Positions 13,760 to 27,051 of a stretch of DNA of 64,000 nt are shown piece by piece. The translations under genes were made by a program, and so were the position numbers. Source of the stretch: the human T2T-CHM13v2.0 reference genome, Homo sapiens. The stretch lies in the NCBI RefSeq assembly GCF_009914755.1, contig NC_060933.1; one strand, given 5' to 3'. The notes under the pieces were generated by a model that was not told the origin of the DNA, made no database searches, and saw nothing but the letters and a program-made list of their open reading frames with translations. The number at the start of each line of letters is the position of its first letter. Position 1 is the first letter of the stretch.

Positions 13760-16371
13760 CAGATATGGCCGGATTTTGTCGGATTTGGATTCCTAACTAT
13801 GGATTAATGGGAAAGCCCTCATGTGAACTGTTGAAAGGGGCCGACCACGATCTTTTCGAGTGGGAAGAAAGGCACCATCACTCGATCAACAACCGAAGTG
13901 TAAGTGAATCTTCACCCCCGCCTTAGGGCTTCCAAATCCTCCTCAGCCCTTCCAACTGGATGTGCACGAGAGACTGGGTTTGGCACTTGGAGTCTTAATG
14001 CAAAGGTGAGGCGAAGCGTTACAACCCATAGCACATGTTTCAAAGCAGCTTGACATGGTAGCCAAGGGCTGGCTGGGCCTTCCACCTTCGAGCAGTTGTT
14101 GCTGCTTGCCTGCTACTCGAGGGAGCTGAGACGCTGACCTTGGGGCGGCCTGTCACAATACATACGCCCCACCACATGTCAGTGTTATTGCAGCACAAAG
14201 GAGGTTACTGGCTGACAGCAGGCCAGTTGGGTAGCTATCAAGCCATCCTTTTAGACGACCCCGAAATAAAGCTGCAAACCACCAGAACTCTAAACCCTGC
14301 TCCACTATTCCCTGCCACCGAGGAGCTGGAGAAACTCTACATAACTGTCTAGAGGTCATAGACCAAGTGTTCTCCAGCCACCCGACCTAAAGGCTGTAGC
14401 CCTCCCGCGTACAGACTGACCTTGTTTGCAGGTGGGAGTAGCTTGGTCACCGACAGGAAGAGCAACACCATGTATGCCGTGGTGACCTCCTCAGAGGTAA
14501 CAGAGGCAAGAACTTCGTCGGCAGGAACCTTGACACAGAAGGCAGAGTTAATCGCCCTTACAACTGTCCCAAGTTAAGAGCGCCAACATACACGCTAATT
14601 CCAAGTACGCATTCATGATAGTTCACGCCCACAGAGCTATCTGGAGGGAAGGAGGGTGGCTAAGAGCGGATAACACCAAAGTTAAAAATGCTAAGCAAGT
14701 GTTAGAATTGTTAGAGGTGGGCCGGGTGTGGTGGCTCACACCAGTAATCCCAGCACTCTGGGAGGCCAAGGCAGGTGGGTCACCTGAGGTCAGGAATTCG
14801 AGACCAGCCTGGCCAAAATGGTGAAACCCCGTCTCTACTAAAAATACAAAAATTACCCAGGCGCGGTGGCGCGTGCCTGTAATCCCAGCTACTTGGGAGG
14901 CTGAGAATCACAAAAGAATCGCTTGAACTGAGGAAGCTGAGGTTGCAGTGAGCCAAAATCGCGCCACTGCACTCCAGCCTGGGCGGCAGAGGGAGACTCC
15001 ATCTCAAAAAAAAAAAAAAAAAGTTAGAAGCGATAAAGGCCCCACAGGAAATAGCCATAATGCATTGCCCTGGCCATCGACGCAGTAATTCCGAAGTGGC
15101 AAGGGGTAATGTTTTCGCAGACTGCACCGCCGGGCATTCAGCCAGTGACAGCATCGAAATCCAGGCGCCCTTAATTTCCCAAATAGACTTCACGGCCCTC
15201 GAGCCCCGGTATGCTTCTGAAGATAAAAAGGCTGCAGAAGATAAAGGATTCAAACTAAAGGAGGAAGGGTGGAGGCTAGAGAGGAAACAGCGCAGGCATA
15301 GGCTGGGCGGCAGTGCATCTCGTCCACCCGCTGTTAAAGTACGTTCACGATAGCCCGCACTTTGAGAGAGTCGCTTCATTGGCCTTTGTACAAAATTATT
15401 TGAAAGGGAAAAGACTAAAGGCCCACGTAGAGAATATCATTCAACACTGTCATCTGTGCGCCCGGAATGAGCCTAATAATCATAGCCGAGGGCAGCCTGG
15501 GCAACAAGAAAGAGGCAGTCACTCACCAGAAAACCAGCAAATAGACTTCACACAGATGCCACCAGCCCCTGGGAATGCAAATACCCCCTAGTTCTAGTGG
15601 GCACCTTCTCTGACTGGGTGGAAGTGTGCCCATGTCACTCCGAATGAGCAACTGAAGTAAAGTTTTGCTCAAGGAAAGCATACCACGATACGGGCTCCCC
15701 GACGTAATCCAAAATGATAATGGGCCTTTGTGCACCTCTGAGATAACTCAACAAATGAACGAAGCATTGGAAATGAAGTGGACACTGCAGTCAGTGTGGA
15801 GACCTCAATCTTCTGGACAAGCTAAGAGAATGAACCGCAGCCTAAAAACATTCATTGCCAAGTTGTGTCAAGAGGCTCCGTTGAAATGGACTCAGGTACT
15901 TAGCATTGCACTGCTCCCTGTAGGTGGGATTAAAATAAGTCCCTGCGAAACCGTCTTTGGGAGACCCTTTGCAGCCAATCTGTCTCGGGCCACCAAAGTG
16001 CCCCTAGGTAGGGAGTCGGCTATTCAGAATCATGTTGCTCACTTAGGACAAACTCTTAACGTTTTGCATAAGTTTGCTTCCAACACGGATGCGGTGAATT
16101 CCACAGACACCTGCCACCCACTCCTACCTGGCGATCAAGTGCTGCTGAGGGAATGGAAGGAAGCTGCCGCGATGGGAAAAATGGAAGGGCCCTACCACGT
16201 GCTCCTGACCATGGACGCAGCATTGAAGCTGGCAGGCATCAAGCCTTGGGTCCATCACACATGAGTGGAAAGATCCCTGCCGGCCAAGAGCCCTGCAGCA
16301 CAGGAATCTCTGGCCACGGCTGGGAAGCAGAACCCCTAGAAGGCCTGAAGTTTCTATTCAGAAAACGCTAA
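13760..16371 (+). pseudogene. Disrupted ERV pol remnant (RT C-terminus, RNase H, integrase)
   Basis: Translations GFCRIWIPNYGLMGKP (RT thumb), [11 protein letters not shown] and IMHCPGH…GNVFAD (RNase H), QIDFTQMP and IPRYGLPDVIQNDNGP…WRPQSSGQ…WVHH (integrase); stops, frameshifts and an Alu at 14720-15022. Confidence 0.88.
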
Positions 16372-16399
16372 GACTTTCTCTTCTAGCGCTCCGTCTTGC

Positions 16400-18480
<2,081 letters not shown>

Positions 18481-19653
18481 AGAGAGTACTACTGGGAACA
18501 AATCAACATCTTTCACTCCAACACTGCGTTTGGTGCCCCGTAACAATGACCTCCTATCAGCAGGAAGTAGCCAGAAAGATTATAATGCCCCATCCCCCCA
18601 TGATTCTCATAAGAAATAAATATACAAGCATGATAGCAATCATGCATAATTTGACAGTGGGGATTGTGGCAGGCCAGGTCTCACTAACGGCTGAATAGGC
18701 CGGCCTCCACGACAACTGTTTCAGCACTGACCGGGTGGTGAAGTCAAATATTAAAAGCTGAGAGGGCCAGCGCCCTTCAACAGAGGCTGGAATGTAACAA
18801 AAGCCCACCAAGAGTTTTGCCCAGGCCTCTCCTGGGCCTTGAAGCATGACAAGATAACAAAGGAATTCTTAACAGGACCCGTTTAGGATTAAACAAGTTT
18901 TACTGGGGTCTAAAGGAACGCCCCAAACCTCCATGATTTAGCAGGAGAAAAGATAAGGGGAATCACCCCAGCACCTGGACCCCTCCAGATTAAGTAAATT
19001 TACTGAGGCTCCAGAGGAAGTTCTTCAGGACTCAGGCCTTAGTTATAGATTAGAAGAAGTTCATCACTGTGTCTTTAGCTGAATGCACACTTACACGTAG
19101 ACCTACAGCTTCGAAGATATATAAGCTCTGGAAAACTGCAATTTTGAGCTGGTCTAGTGCTATTTTCCCGGGCTTCTGCCTGTACCCGGTGACAGAAGCA
19201 AACTCTCTTATTTCCCAGCTCGTCTGCATCTCGTTACTGGGCTGAGAGAATAAGGAGCGAATAAGCGCCCGGCCATCGGTTGAGTCTGGGGACGCTGTGA
19301 CTCACCATTGGCTCCGGCCCCAGACGCTGTGCTGGGGAAGGAGCGGGAGGGGATGGGAGGGGAACAGAGACACCCTGTACTCCACAGACACAGCCACCAT
19401 GGGTCCTCTTGCAGGCTGAGAGAGAGGCTGTCCCCTGCATTTGGGACAAGGTGCCTGCCTCCAGTGAGGGGACAGCAGGTTCCTTTGCCCATGGATCCAG
19501 GAAGCTCCCACAAGGGAGTGGGGTGATCTTCCCCAAGGTAGAGAGGGCAGCAGCCTCGGGGCCTTTGGCTGCATGCCCAGTGGGCACAGGATGTGTGTGG
19601 ACGGGCCACAGAGTGGGCCGCCCTGCAGGGCTGGAAGCCGCAGGGCAGCAGGG

Positions 19654-19659
19654 TATAAA
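19654..19659 (+). promoter_or_regulatory. LCN9: LCN9 TATA box
   Basis: TATAAA starting 42 nt upstream of the LCN9 ATG. Confidence 0.8.
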
Positions 19660-19695
19660 GGGGGTGGGCCGAGGGCTGAGGCGTCCACAGCAAAG

Positions 19696-22477
19696 ATGGC
19701 TCTGCTTCTGCTGAGCCTGGGGCTGAGCCTCATCGCAGCCCAGGAGTTCGATCCCCACACCGTTATGCAGAGGAACTACAACGTGGCCAGGGTGTGTCTG
19801 CGTTGGGGTCTGTGGGGAAGGGGCCAGGCTTCAAGGCACCTGTCTTCCCCCAGCCTGGGGTCTCTGACCTGTGACCAGGGCAACTGGTCCAAGGGGAGCC
19901 CACCTCTCCTCCCCAAGCTGTGACAGCAGCCTGGGAGAGCAGGGGTTACTCCGGGAGGGTCGGGTGGGAGAGGCCTGGGAGAGTGACTGGGGCCCTGAGA
20001 GGTTAGAGGGGGCCCTGGGAGGGCAGAGGGGAAAGCTGGAGAGTGGAGTGGCGGCCAGCAGGGAGATGGGGGCCCTAAGAGGACAGAGGGGTTCCTAGAA
20101 GTATAGGGGAGACCTAGGGAAAAGAGGGGGACTCAGTGGGAAAGGGTGGAGCGGGGGACCTTGAGAGGACAGAGGGGGACCTGGAGGGGCAGAGGAGAGA
20201 CCTGTGGGGCAGAGGGGGCCCTGGAAGGGCAGAGGGCATTCTGTGAGCAGAGGGGGGACCTTGGGATCAAAGGGGGGATCTGGGGACATAGGGGAGACCT
20301 GGGGGGCAGCGGGGGCCCTGGAAGGGCGGAGGGCATTCTGTGAGCAGAGGGGCGACCTTGGGGGTAAAGGGGGGATCTGGTGACGAGGGGAGACCTGGGG
20401 GCACTGGAAGGGCGGAGGGGTTCTGGTTGGGAGCCAGATGCTAAGGGGCCGGGCCCTGGGAGGGAAGACTGTGGGCGCTAAGCATCCCCAGGGCTGTCCC
20501 GCGGCCCCCCACCCACTGGAGCTCTTTGTCTTCAGGTTTCAGGGGTCTGGTATTCTATTTTCATGGCCTCAGATGACCTGAATCGGATTAAAGAAAATGG
20601 AGACCTGAGGGTCTTCGTCCGGAATATTGAACACTTGAAGAACGGCAGCCTAATATTTGATTTCGAATACATGTGCGTGTTGCCCATCTCAGCTGGCATC
20701 AGGAAGACCCATGCCCCTGCCACCCCAACGCATACTCTCACTCTTGCACACACACGCTCGCACACTCACTGACTTGCACTCTGGTGAGAGCCTGAGCCTG
20801 TGCGTGTGACCCTTGGGGGCAGGGTGAGGTGGGAGCAGGGACTTGGTCTGCCTGGCACTGTGCTCTTCCCTGAAACATAGAGATGAAATCGCCCCCTTCC
20901 AAGGCTGGGGTGAGGTTCGAGGAGATGAGGGTGTCCGGTGGGCTGCAGCAGGGCCCAGCCCAAGAACTTGGGGCTGTGGAATGAGGCCTGGGCATTGGGA
21001 GGGTGAGCCTGTGCCCTGGAGGAGGGGTGCTCTCTGCCATCGCACGTCCAGGGGGCTGGAGCTCCACTCCCGGCATCTTCCTGGCTGGCTTCCAGGGTGC
21101 AGGGGGAGTGTGTGGCTGTGGTCGTGGTCTGCGAGAAGACAGAGAAGAATGGGGAATACTCCATCAACTGTAAGTGGAAGCCAGGCTCCTCCTGGTCTCA
21201 CAGTCGGGGGTCTCCTTTCTCCAGGGCCTGGGCCATATTCTGGTGAGCACTGACTCTGGGGATTTTAGTTAAGCCCCTGACAGCTTGACCCTGAACTGGA
21301 GGGACCCATCCTGGCACCTACCCAGGGGGGCTCCTGGCCCAGGGGAAGCAGGGAGGCAGGTGTGTCATGCTGAGCTCTGGGGGGTGAGCCCACTGAGGGG
21401 CCACCAGGGTCTGCAAGCCAATGACAAGGAGGGAGGGGGCTGTGCCGCTGCTGCCCGCCCCCTGTGCAGGGGTCTCCGCTGGGTGAGCACCGTGGGCTCC
21501 TCCCCTCCCGCCTCAAAAGGCCACTTGACCCCCCATCCTCACTTGCGGCCACACAGCACGTGTCACAGGACCCTGAGGGTGGCGGGGCCAGGCCACGCTG
21601 AGCCATGTCTCCACGCAGATGAGGGCCAGAACACAGTGGCCGTCTCGGAGACTGACTACAGGCTGTTCATCACCTTCCACCTCCAGAACTTCAGGAACGG
21701 GACCGAGACCCACACGCTGGCGCTCTATGGTACCTCCGCTGTCCCCCTCTGACCCCCTCGGGGACCCCACCTCCTCTGAAGTCTGGCCCAACCCTGGGCG
21801 GAGGAGGGTCTCGCAGTGGCCCTGGGGTTTGGAGAGGTGGTTCCCGTTGGCTATTCCTTCCCACAGACACACCGTTAGGGTGCTGGGTGCTTCAATCTGT
21901 CACCTCCCATCTCACTTGGCACAAAGCCCCTCTCTGGTCAGGGCGTGACCCCCTGCCCAGCCTCAGCACTTCCTGAGCACCCCCAGCAAGGCCCAGCTTC
22001 ACACAGAACCAACTCTGTTCCCAGCACGGGTCCCATAGCTGGAACCCTCCTTCCTGAGCAGATTTGAAGAAACCTGCGAAAAGTACGGACTTGGCTCACA
22101 AAATATCATCGACTTGACCAACAAAGGTCAGCCCCACTGCTCCCGGACCAAGCGGGAGCCGGGACAGGGTGGGGATGGGAGGTGTGCCTGCGGGGTCCCT
22201 GTCCCTGCGCTGAGAGCCCCCTCTGTCCTTCCAGATCCCTGCTACTCCAAGCATTACAGGAGCCCGCCCAGGCCTCCCATGCGTGAGCTGCGACTCGGGA
22301 CGGGCAGGGGGCTGGATGGGGAGAGCTTGGGGCCAACGTCAGAGGCTGCGGGGTCCCACCCCAGGAGGTGCCCATCCCTCCCCCTGGTCTGGGAACCGAA
22401 CACAAGGTGCTTTGGTGAAAGATGCTGTGAAAAGCATCCTGGAGTCGGGGCAGTGATGGGGCCTTCCAGGGTGGTAA
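19696..22477 (+). CDS. LCN9: Epididymal-specific lipocalin-9. Exons 19696-19791, 20536-20672, 21096-21169, 21619-21729, 22025 (canonical) or 22070 (alternative)-22126, 22235-22282, 22470-22477
   Basis: Signal peptide MALLLLSLGLSLIAA; lipocalin motifs SGVWY (GxW), ETDY and LALY; GT-AG introns; exon sizes 96/137/74/111/102. With the 22070 acceptor the frame gives 176 aa ending PMRW*; the 22025 acceptor runs into TAG at 22036. Confidence 0.93.
20010..20420. repeat. G-rich degenerate tandem repeat in LCN9 intron 1
   Basis: Recurring gggggccctgga and gggagacctgggg units; the block at ~20215-20310 recurs at ~20310-20410. Confidence 0.75.
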
Positions 22478-22539
22478 GGTCTGAGCAGGAAGTGAGATGG
22501 GGCCCTGTGTGAGTCTCCAGGGGCTGATGTCACCATATG

Positions 22540-22900
22540 CGGGTGACTAGGACAACCAGGATTTACTTTCTCACAGCCTGGAGCCCGAGGTCTGAAACCC
22601 GAGGTCCGCAGGGCTGTGCTCCCTCCACCAGCTCCCGGGAAGGGTCCTTCCTGCCTCTTCCGGCTGCTGGGGGCTCCAGGCATCCCTGGCTTGTGGCTGT
22701 CACTCCAGCCTCTGCCTCTGTCTGTGTCTCCTCTTCTGTCTCTTCTAAGGACACTTGTCATTGGATTTCGGGCCCATCTTCATGCAGAATGATCTCCCGT
22801 CAAGACCTCAACTTCACACCTGCAAAGACCCTTTCCCATCAGATGCCCTTCACAGGCTCCAGGCACTAGGAAAGGAGCATGTCCTTTGAGGGACACCACT
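22540..22900. mobile_element. MLT1 (ERVL-MaLR) LTR fragment
   Basis: MLT1-like motifs tttctcacagcctggag, catccctggcttgtgg, taaggacacttgtcattggattt, cacctgcaaagaccct. Confidence 0.7.
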
Positions 22901-23312
22901 CAGGTCACCACAGGCTCCTTCTCCGAGCTGCCCCTCCCTTCTCAGACATGGTCCCAGCCCAGTAAAAACCCCCAGGGCCCCCTTCCCTTCCCAGAGCCTG
23001 AGCCTCCCAGAGATACGCCTCTGAAGGCACCTCTGCATTTCTGCACGAGGGTTCCTGAGGGTAAAGGAGTGGATGTACCTGTGGTGCGTGGTGGCCCCAA
23101 GATGCGGGTGAGATGAGATGGCAACCGGCAACCAAGGCCCTACCCCTCCCCTCTCCGCCCCTCCCCTCGCTGACCTTCCCCTCCCTGTCCCTCCCCTCTC
23201 TGCCCCTCCCCTCCTGTCCCCTCCCTGGGCTCAGCCACTGCCTTTGGGGGAAGATGATCAACAATGTCACAGCTGAGGCAGGTGCCTGCGCCCCCGCCTC
23301 CATGTTTTGGTG

Positions 23313-23318
23313 AATAAA
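23313..23318 (+). terminator. Candidate LCN9 poly(A) signal
   Basis: First AATAAA I could find downstream of the LCN9 stop, followed by GT-rich sequence. Confidence 0.4.
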
Positions 23319-24419
23319 AGGGAGGTACCAGCCAATCTGCGGTGACTTTGTGGGTTAAAAGTGATTGTTGGTTGGGCCTCTGTCAGAGATGTGAAAACGA
23401 CTGCATTTGTGTGATGCTCTCGAAATCACAAAACCGCAGAGGGGGACATGAGTCGGTGATTTCCAGAGGTTACAAATGGAAGGTAGGAATTCAGCCAGAA
23501 AGGGGCACCAGGAGGGGCCCTGGTGACGATGGAACGTCCTGCACTGTGACCCTGGCGGTGGACATGACCCTGCACGTGCAGCAAAAATGCGGCTCTGTCT
23601 GAGGAGCCGCTGGCCCTGCCCCCTGCCCGGGGGAGAACATTTTGCAGCCCGAGACCCAGAAGCGTCTGTGCTGGGGGCGTGCGCTGGGCGGCCCCAACTC
23701 TGGCGTCTGCGTGAGCTCTCCAAGGGGTCATCCTGTGGGTCACAGTCCCGGGTGCTCAGGAAGAACCTGTCCCCAGAGCCAGTGCCTGCTTGTAAAGGAG
23801 CTAAGTGGAGCTGTCTTAGGATGAGGGTCTGGATGCCACCCCCCACCCCACCTCCATTGGGAGCTCCAGGCTATAGGGTGAGGCTGGGTAGAGTTTTAGT
23901 GCCCGCTGTATGGGTGCCAGGCTTGGGGAAGGAGCAGCTCCATTGGGATGGGAGGGAGTGGGAGGCACCTGGCATTCCCATGGCTGCCCAGCTTCCGGCC
24001 CCTTGTTTGGATCTGGGCCCAGCCTACTGAGCTGCAGCGGGAACGCGAGAAGCTGCCCACTCGGCGGGGCCCGTTGGTGCACAAAGCTGGCCTCGGAGGA
24101 GCAGAGCCAAGGCTGCCAGAAAGGGGTGCTGGGAGGCCACTGCCCATTGGTGCAGGGGGAGCCTCTGGGCCCCAGAGGAGGCCTGGGCATGGGGGTAGAT
24201 GTGGACATAGGCAGAAGCCTTTAGCCCCACCCCAGAAGACAGCACAAAGGGGAGCTGAACCAGAGCTGAGTGTCCCCAGCACCCACCCCACCATCAGCTG
24301 CTCAGCACCAGGCTGGCCCTGGCCTCAGACTCCTGCAGCCTCAACACCAGGGGCCTCAGGTGGACAAAGGAACAGGGCAGTGGGCAGGGCATGAAAGAAC
24401 AACCAAGAGACCACCCTCA

Positions 24420-24780
<361 letters not shown>

Positions 24781-25380
24781 TGTATTCAGACCCCGACTCC
24801 TCATCCTCCACTGCTCCCTCCTGGTCCAAGCACGCCCTTCTTTCCCTGATGATGAAGAAGCACCCCAAGGTGGTCTTGCACTTCCGTGCTGCACCCCAGG
24901 TTATTCTCTCCCAGCAGCCAGACCATCCCTGTTGAAACAGAAGTCAATGTTCTGCTTCCTGTGATGCAGAGAAGCTCTGAGCAGGCCCTCTCCCACTACA
25001 CACACAGGTAACAGCTAGGAAGTTTGAATCAAATATAAACAACTTTCTAAAGGTACTCGAGTGTGGAGGAAGGTTGACTCCCATGACGTCTACCATGACC
25101 CTATTTTCAAATATGGTCCCATTCTGAGGTGCATCAACAAGCATTTTGGGTGCTTGGGGAGCACAATTCCGTCACAACACCCTCCAATCACCATCTCTGC
25201 TCTGACAACCCATGGGACTCATCATATGGGTGGGGACACCTTTGGCACAATTTGGCATCATCTTCTGGAGCCCAGAACCCCCTACCCTCCACCCCCCAAC
25301 CCCAGTGCTCAATCCCAGGCTCTCTCTGTTTAGGGCCTGTGTCCCCCTAGCTGTGTTCCAGGAGGGTTCCCCAAAGTGAC

Positions 25381-25739
25381 TGATATGGTTTGGCTGTGTA
25401 CCCACCCAAATCTCATCTTGAATTCCCACATGTTGTGGGAGGGACCTGGCGGGAGGTAACTGAATCATGGGGGCAGGTCTTTCCCATGCTGCTCTTGTGA
25501 TAGTGAATAAGTCTCACGATATCTGATGGTTTTAAAAAGAGGAGTTTCCCTGCACAGGCTCTCTCTCTCTTTGCCTGCTGCCATCCCTGTAAGACCTGAC
25601 TTGCTCCTCCTTGCTTCCCACCATGATTGTGAGGCTTCCCCAGCCACGCGGAACTGTAAGTCCAATTAAACCTCTTTGTTGTGTAAATTGCTCAGTCTCA
25701 GGTATGTCTTTATCAGCAGCGTGAAAATGGACTAATACA
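25381..25739. mobile_element. THE1 (MaLR) solo LTR
   Basis: TGATATGGTTTGGCTGTGT…GGACTAATACA, near-TSD gtgac/gtaac. Confidence 0.9.
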
Positions 25740-25939
25740 GTAACCAACACACAGGCCCAGAAAGTTGGCCCAGCCCAAGATTGGCTATTGATTTTGGAAA
25801 CTGGCTTTGTGGGAGCATAACATTTTGGTGTCTAAAGCCACAGAGAAAGAACAGACTGGCTCACATTTCCCAAGATTAAGCCCCCTCTCCAAGTCAGGGA
25901 CACCCAGGGACACCTCACCAGGCACCCTGACCACACAGC

Positions 25940-27051
25940 TATATAGACAGGCCAGGGCCCAGAATCCCTGCAGCCAGAGAGTCCCCATTTGTCCCTCTGC
26001 CCCAACTGCCCATGCCTGGGGATGCAGCTGATTGTGGACCTGGCACTGGCTGGTGGCCTCTGAGCTCATGGGGTGCACTCCCAAGAGCAGGCGTCGGACC
26101 TGTCGCAGGTGAGACAGTACCTCCCAAGGGGCTCCTGGGGGCTCCCAGAAGGCAGGGCCAGGGACAGGGCTGGGAGGACAGTCCTGACATCCAGTCAGCA
26201 TCATGGCGGTCAAACCCTGAGTGAGCCTTCTGGACAGTGGGCCCACCTGGCTCCTGGCTGGAGTAGAAGTGTCTCCCATCTCCCACACCTGCCTGGAGAT
26301 CTTTCCGGAGAGCAGGACTCTGAGAGTCCCTGCCTCAGGCAGCCATGCCACCCCATCTGAGTCGGCGCCCAGGAAGCAGGCCTGAGAGGCCCCCTAGTAC
26401 CACACTCCCTGGTCAGTGTAGCCAGATGCCCACGGGCACCGCTGCCCACAGCAGAGCATGGACACCATGGGCACCCCCAGACCAGGATGTGGGGCTCAAT
26501 CCCAGGGTTGCCCTTTGCACAGCTTGTAAATGGCTGAGGGGGATTCCAAGGGTAGCTGTGGGGTTGGAGCCTCTGCTGTGGTCCTGGAAGAAGCTCTGAG
26601 CTCAGTCCAGCAGGGCTCCAGGGACCCCAGCAGTGGGGCAACACCAGGCACTGGAGATGAACAAGGCTGACCATCCTCCCCACTTGCTGTTCATGAGCCA
26701 CCATCCACAGGAGGTGCTAGGGAGGCCGGCGATCCCTTGGCCAGGGCATAGGGTCAGCCTGAAGGCCTGGAACCCACCAGCTTGGCCAGCACCTCAATGC
26801 GTTCCTGGGCACAATCTCAGCAGGACACCAGGCGCTGACTGCTGGTGTGGACGGAGCTGGACGGGGGAGGAGGGGGTTCTGGCCCCCCATCAGCCTCTCT
26901 CGTGCCCGCAGCTCTCTGGGAGCTGGCACACCTCAGCATTGGCCTCCAACGACTCTGCCCAGATCAAACCTGGTGGGCGCTTCAGGTTCTTCATCAACAC
27001 CTTGGACCCGAAGGACGGGAACCTGCATGGGGAAATCCTTGTGCCATGAGT
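25940..27051 (+). pseudogene. Lipocalin pseudogene, putative orthologue of dog Can f 2: TATA 25940, exon 1 26022-26108, exon 2 26912-27045
   Basis: Exon 1 MQLIVDLALAGGL*AHGVHSQEQASDLSQ with CAG|GTGAGA donor (phase 0); exon 2 LSGSWHTSALASNDSAQIKPGGRFRFFINTLDPKDGNLHGEILVP (GxW motif, 134 nt, phase 2) ending CC|ATGAGT, a broken donor. Confidence 0.85.

Noticed and set aside
15665-16264. 199-aa integrase ORF as a domesticated gene
   Set aside because: Lacks the N-terminal part and an ATG start, the catalytic Glu region is degenerate (GQAKRMN), and it is flanked by frameshifts.
25940-27051. Identifying the lipocalin relic as the human MUP pseudogene or a partial LCN9 duplicate
   Set aside because: The MUP pseudogene is known from a different neighbourhood (SLC46A2/ZFP37), and the translation is clearly divergent from LCN9 exons 1-2.
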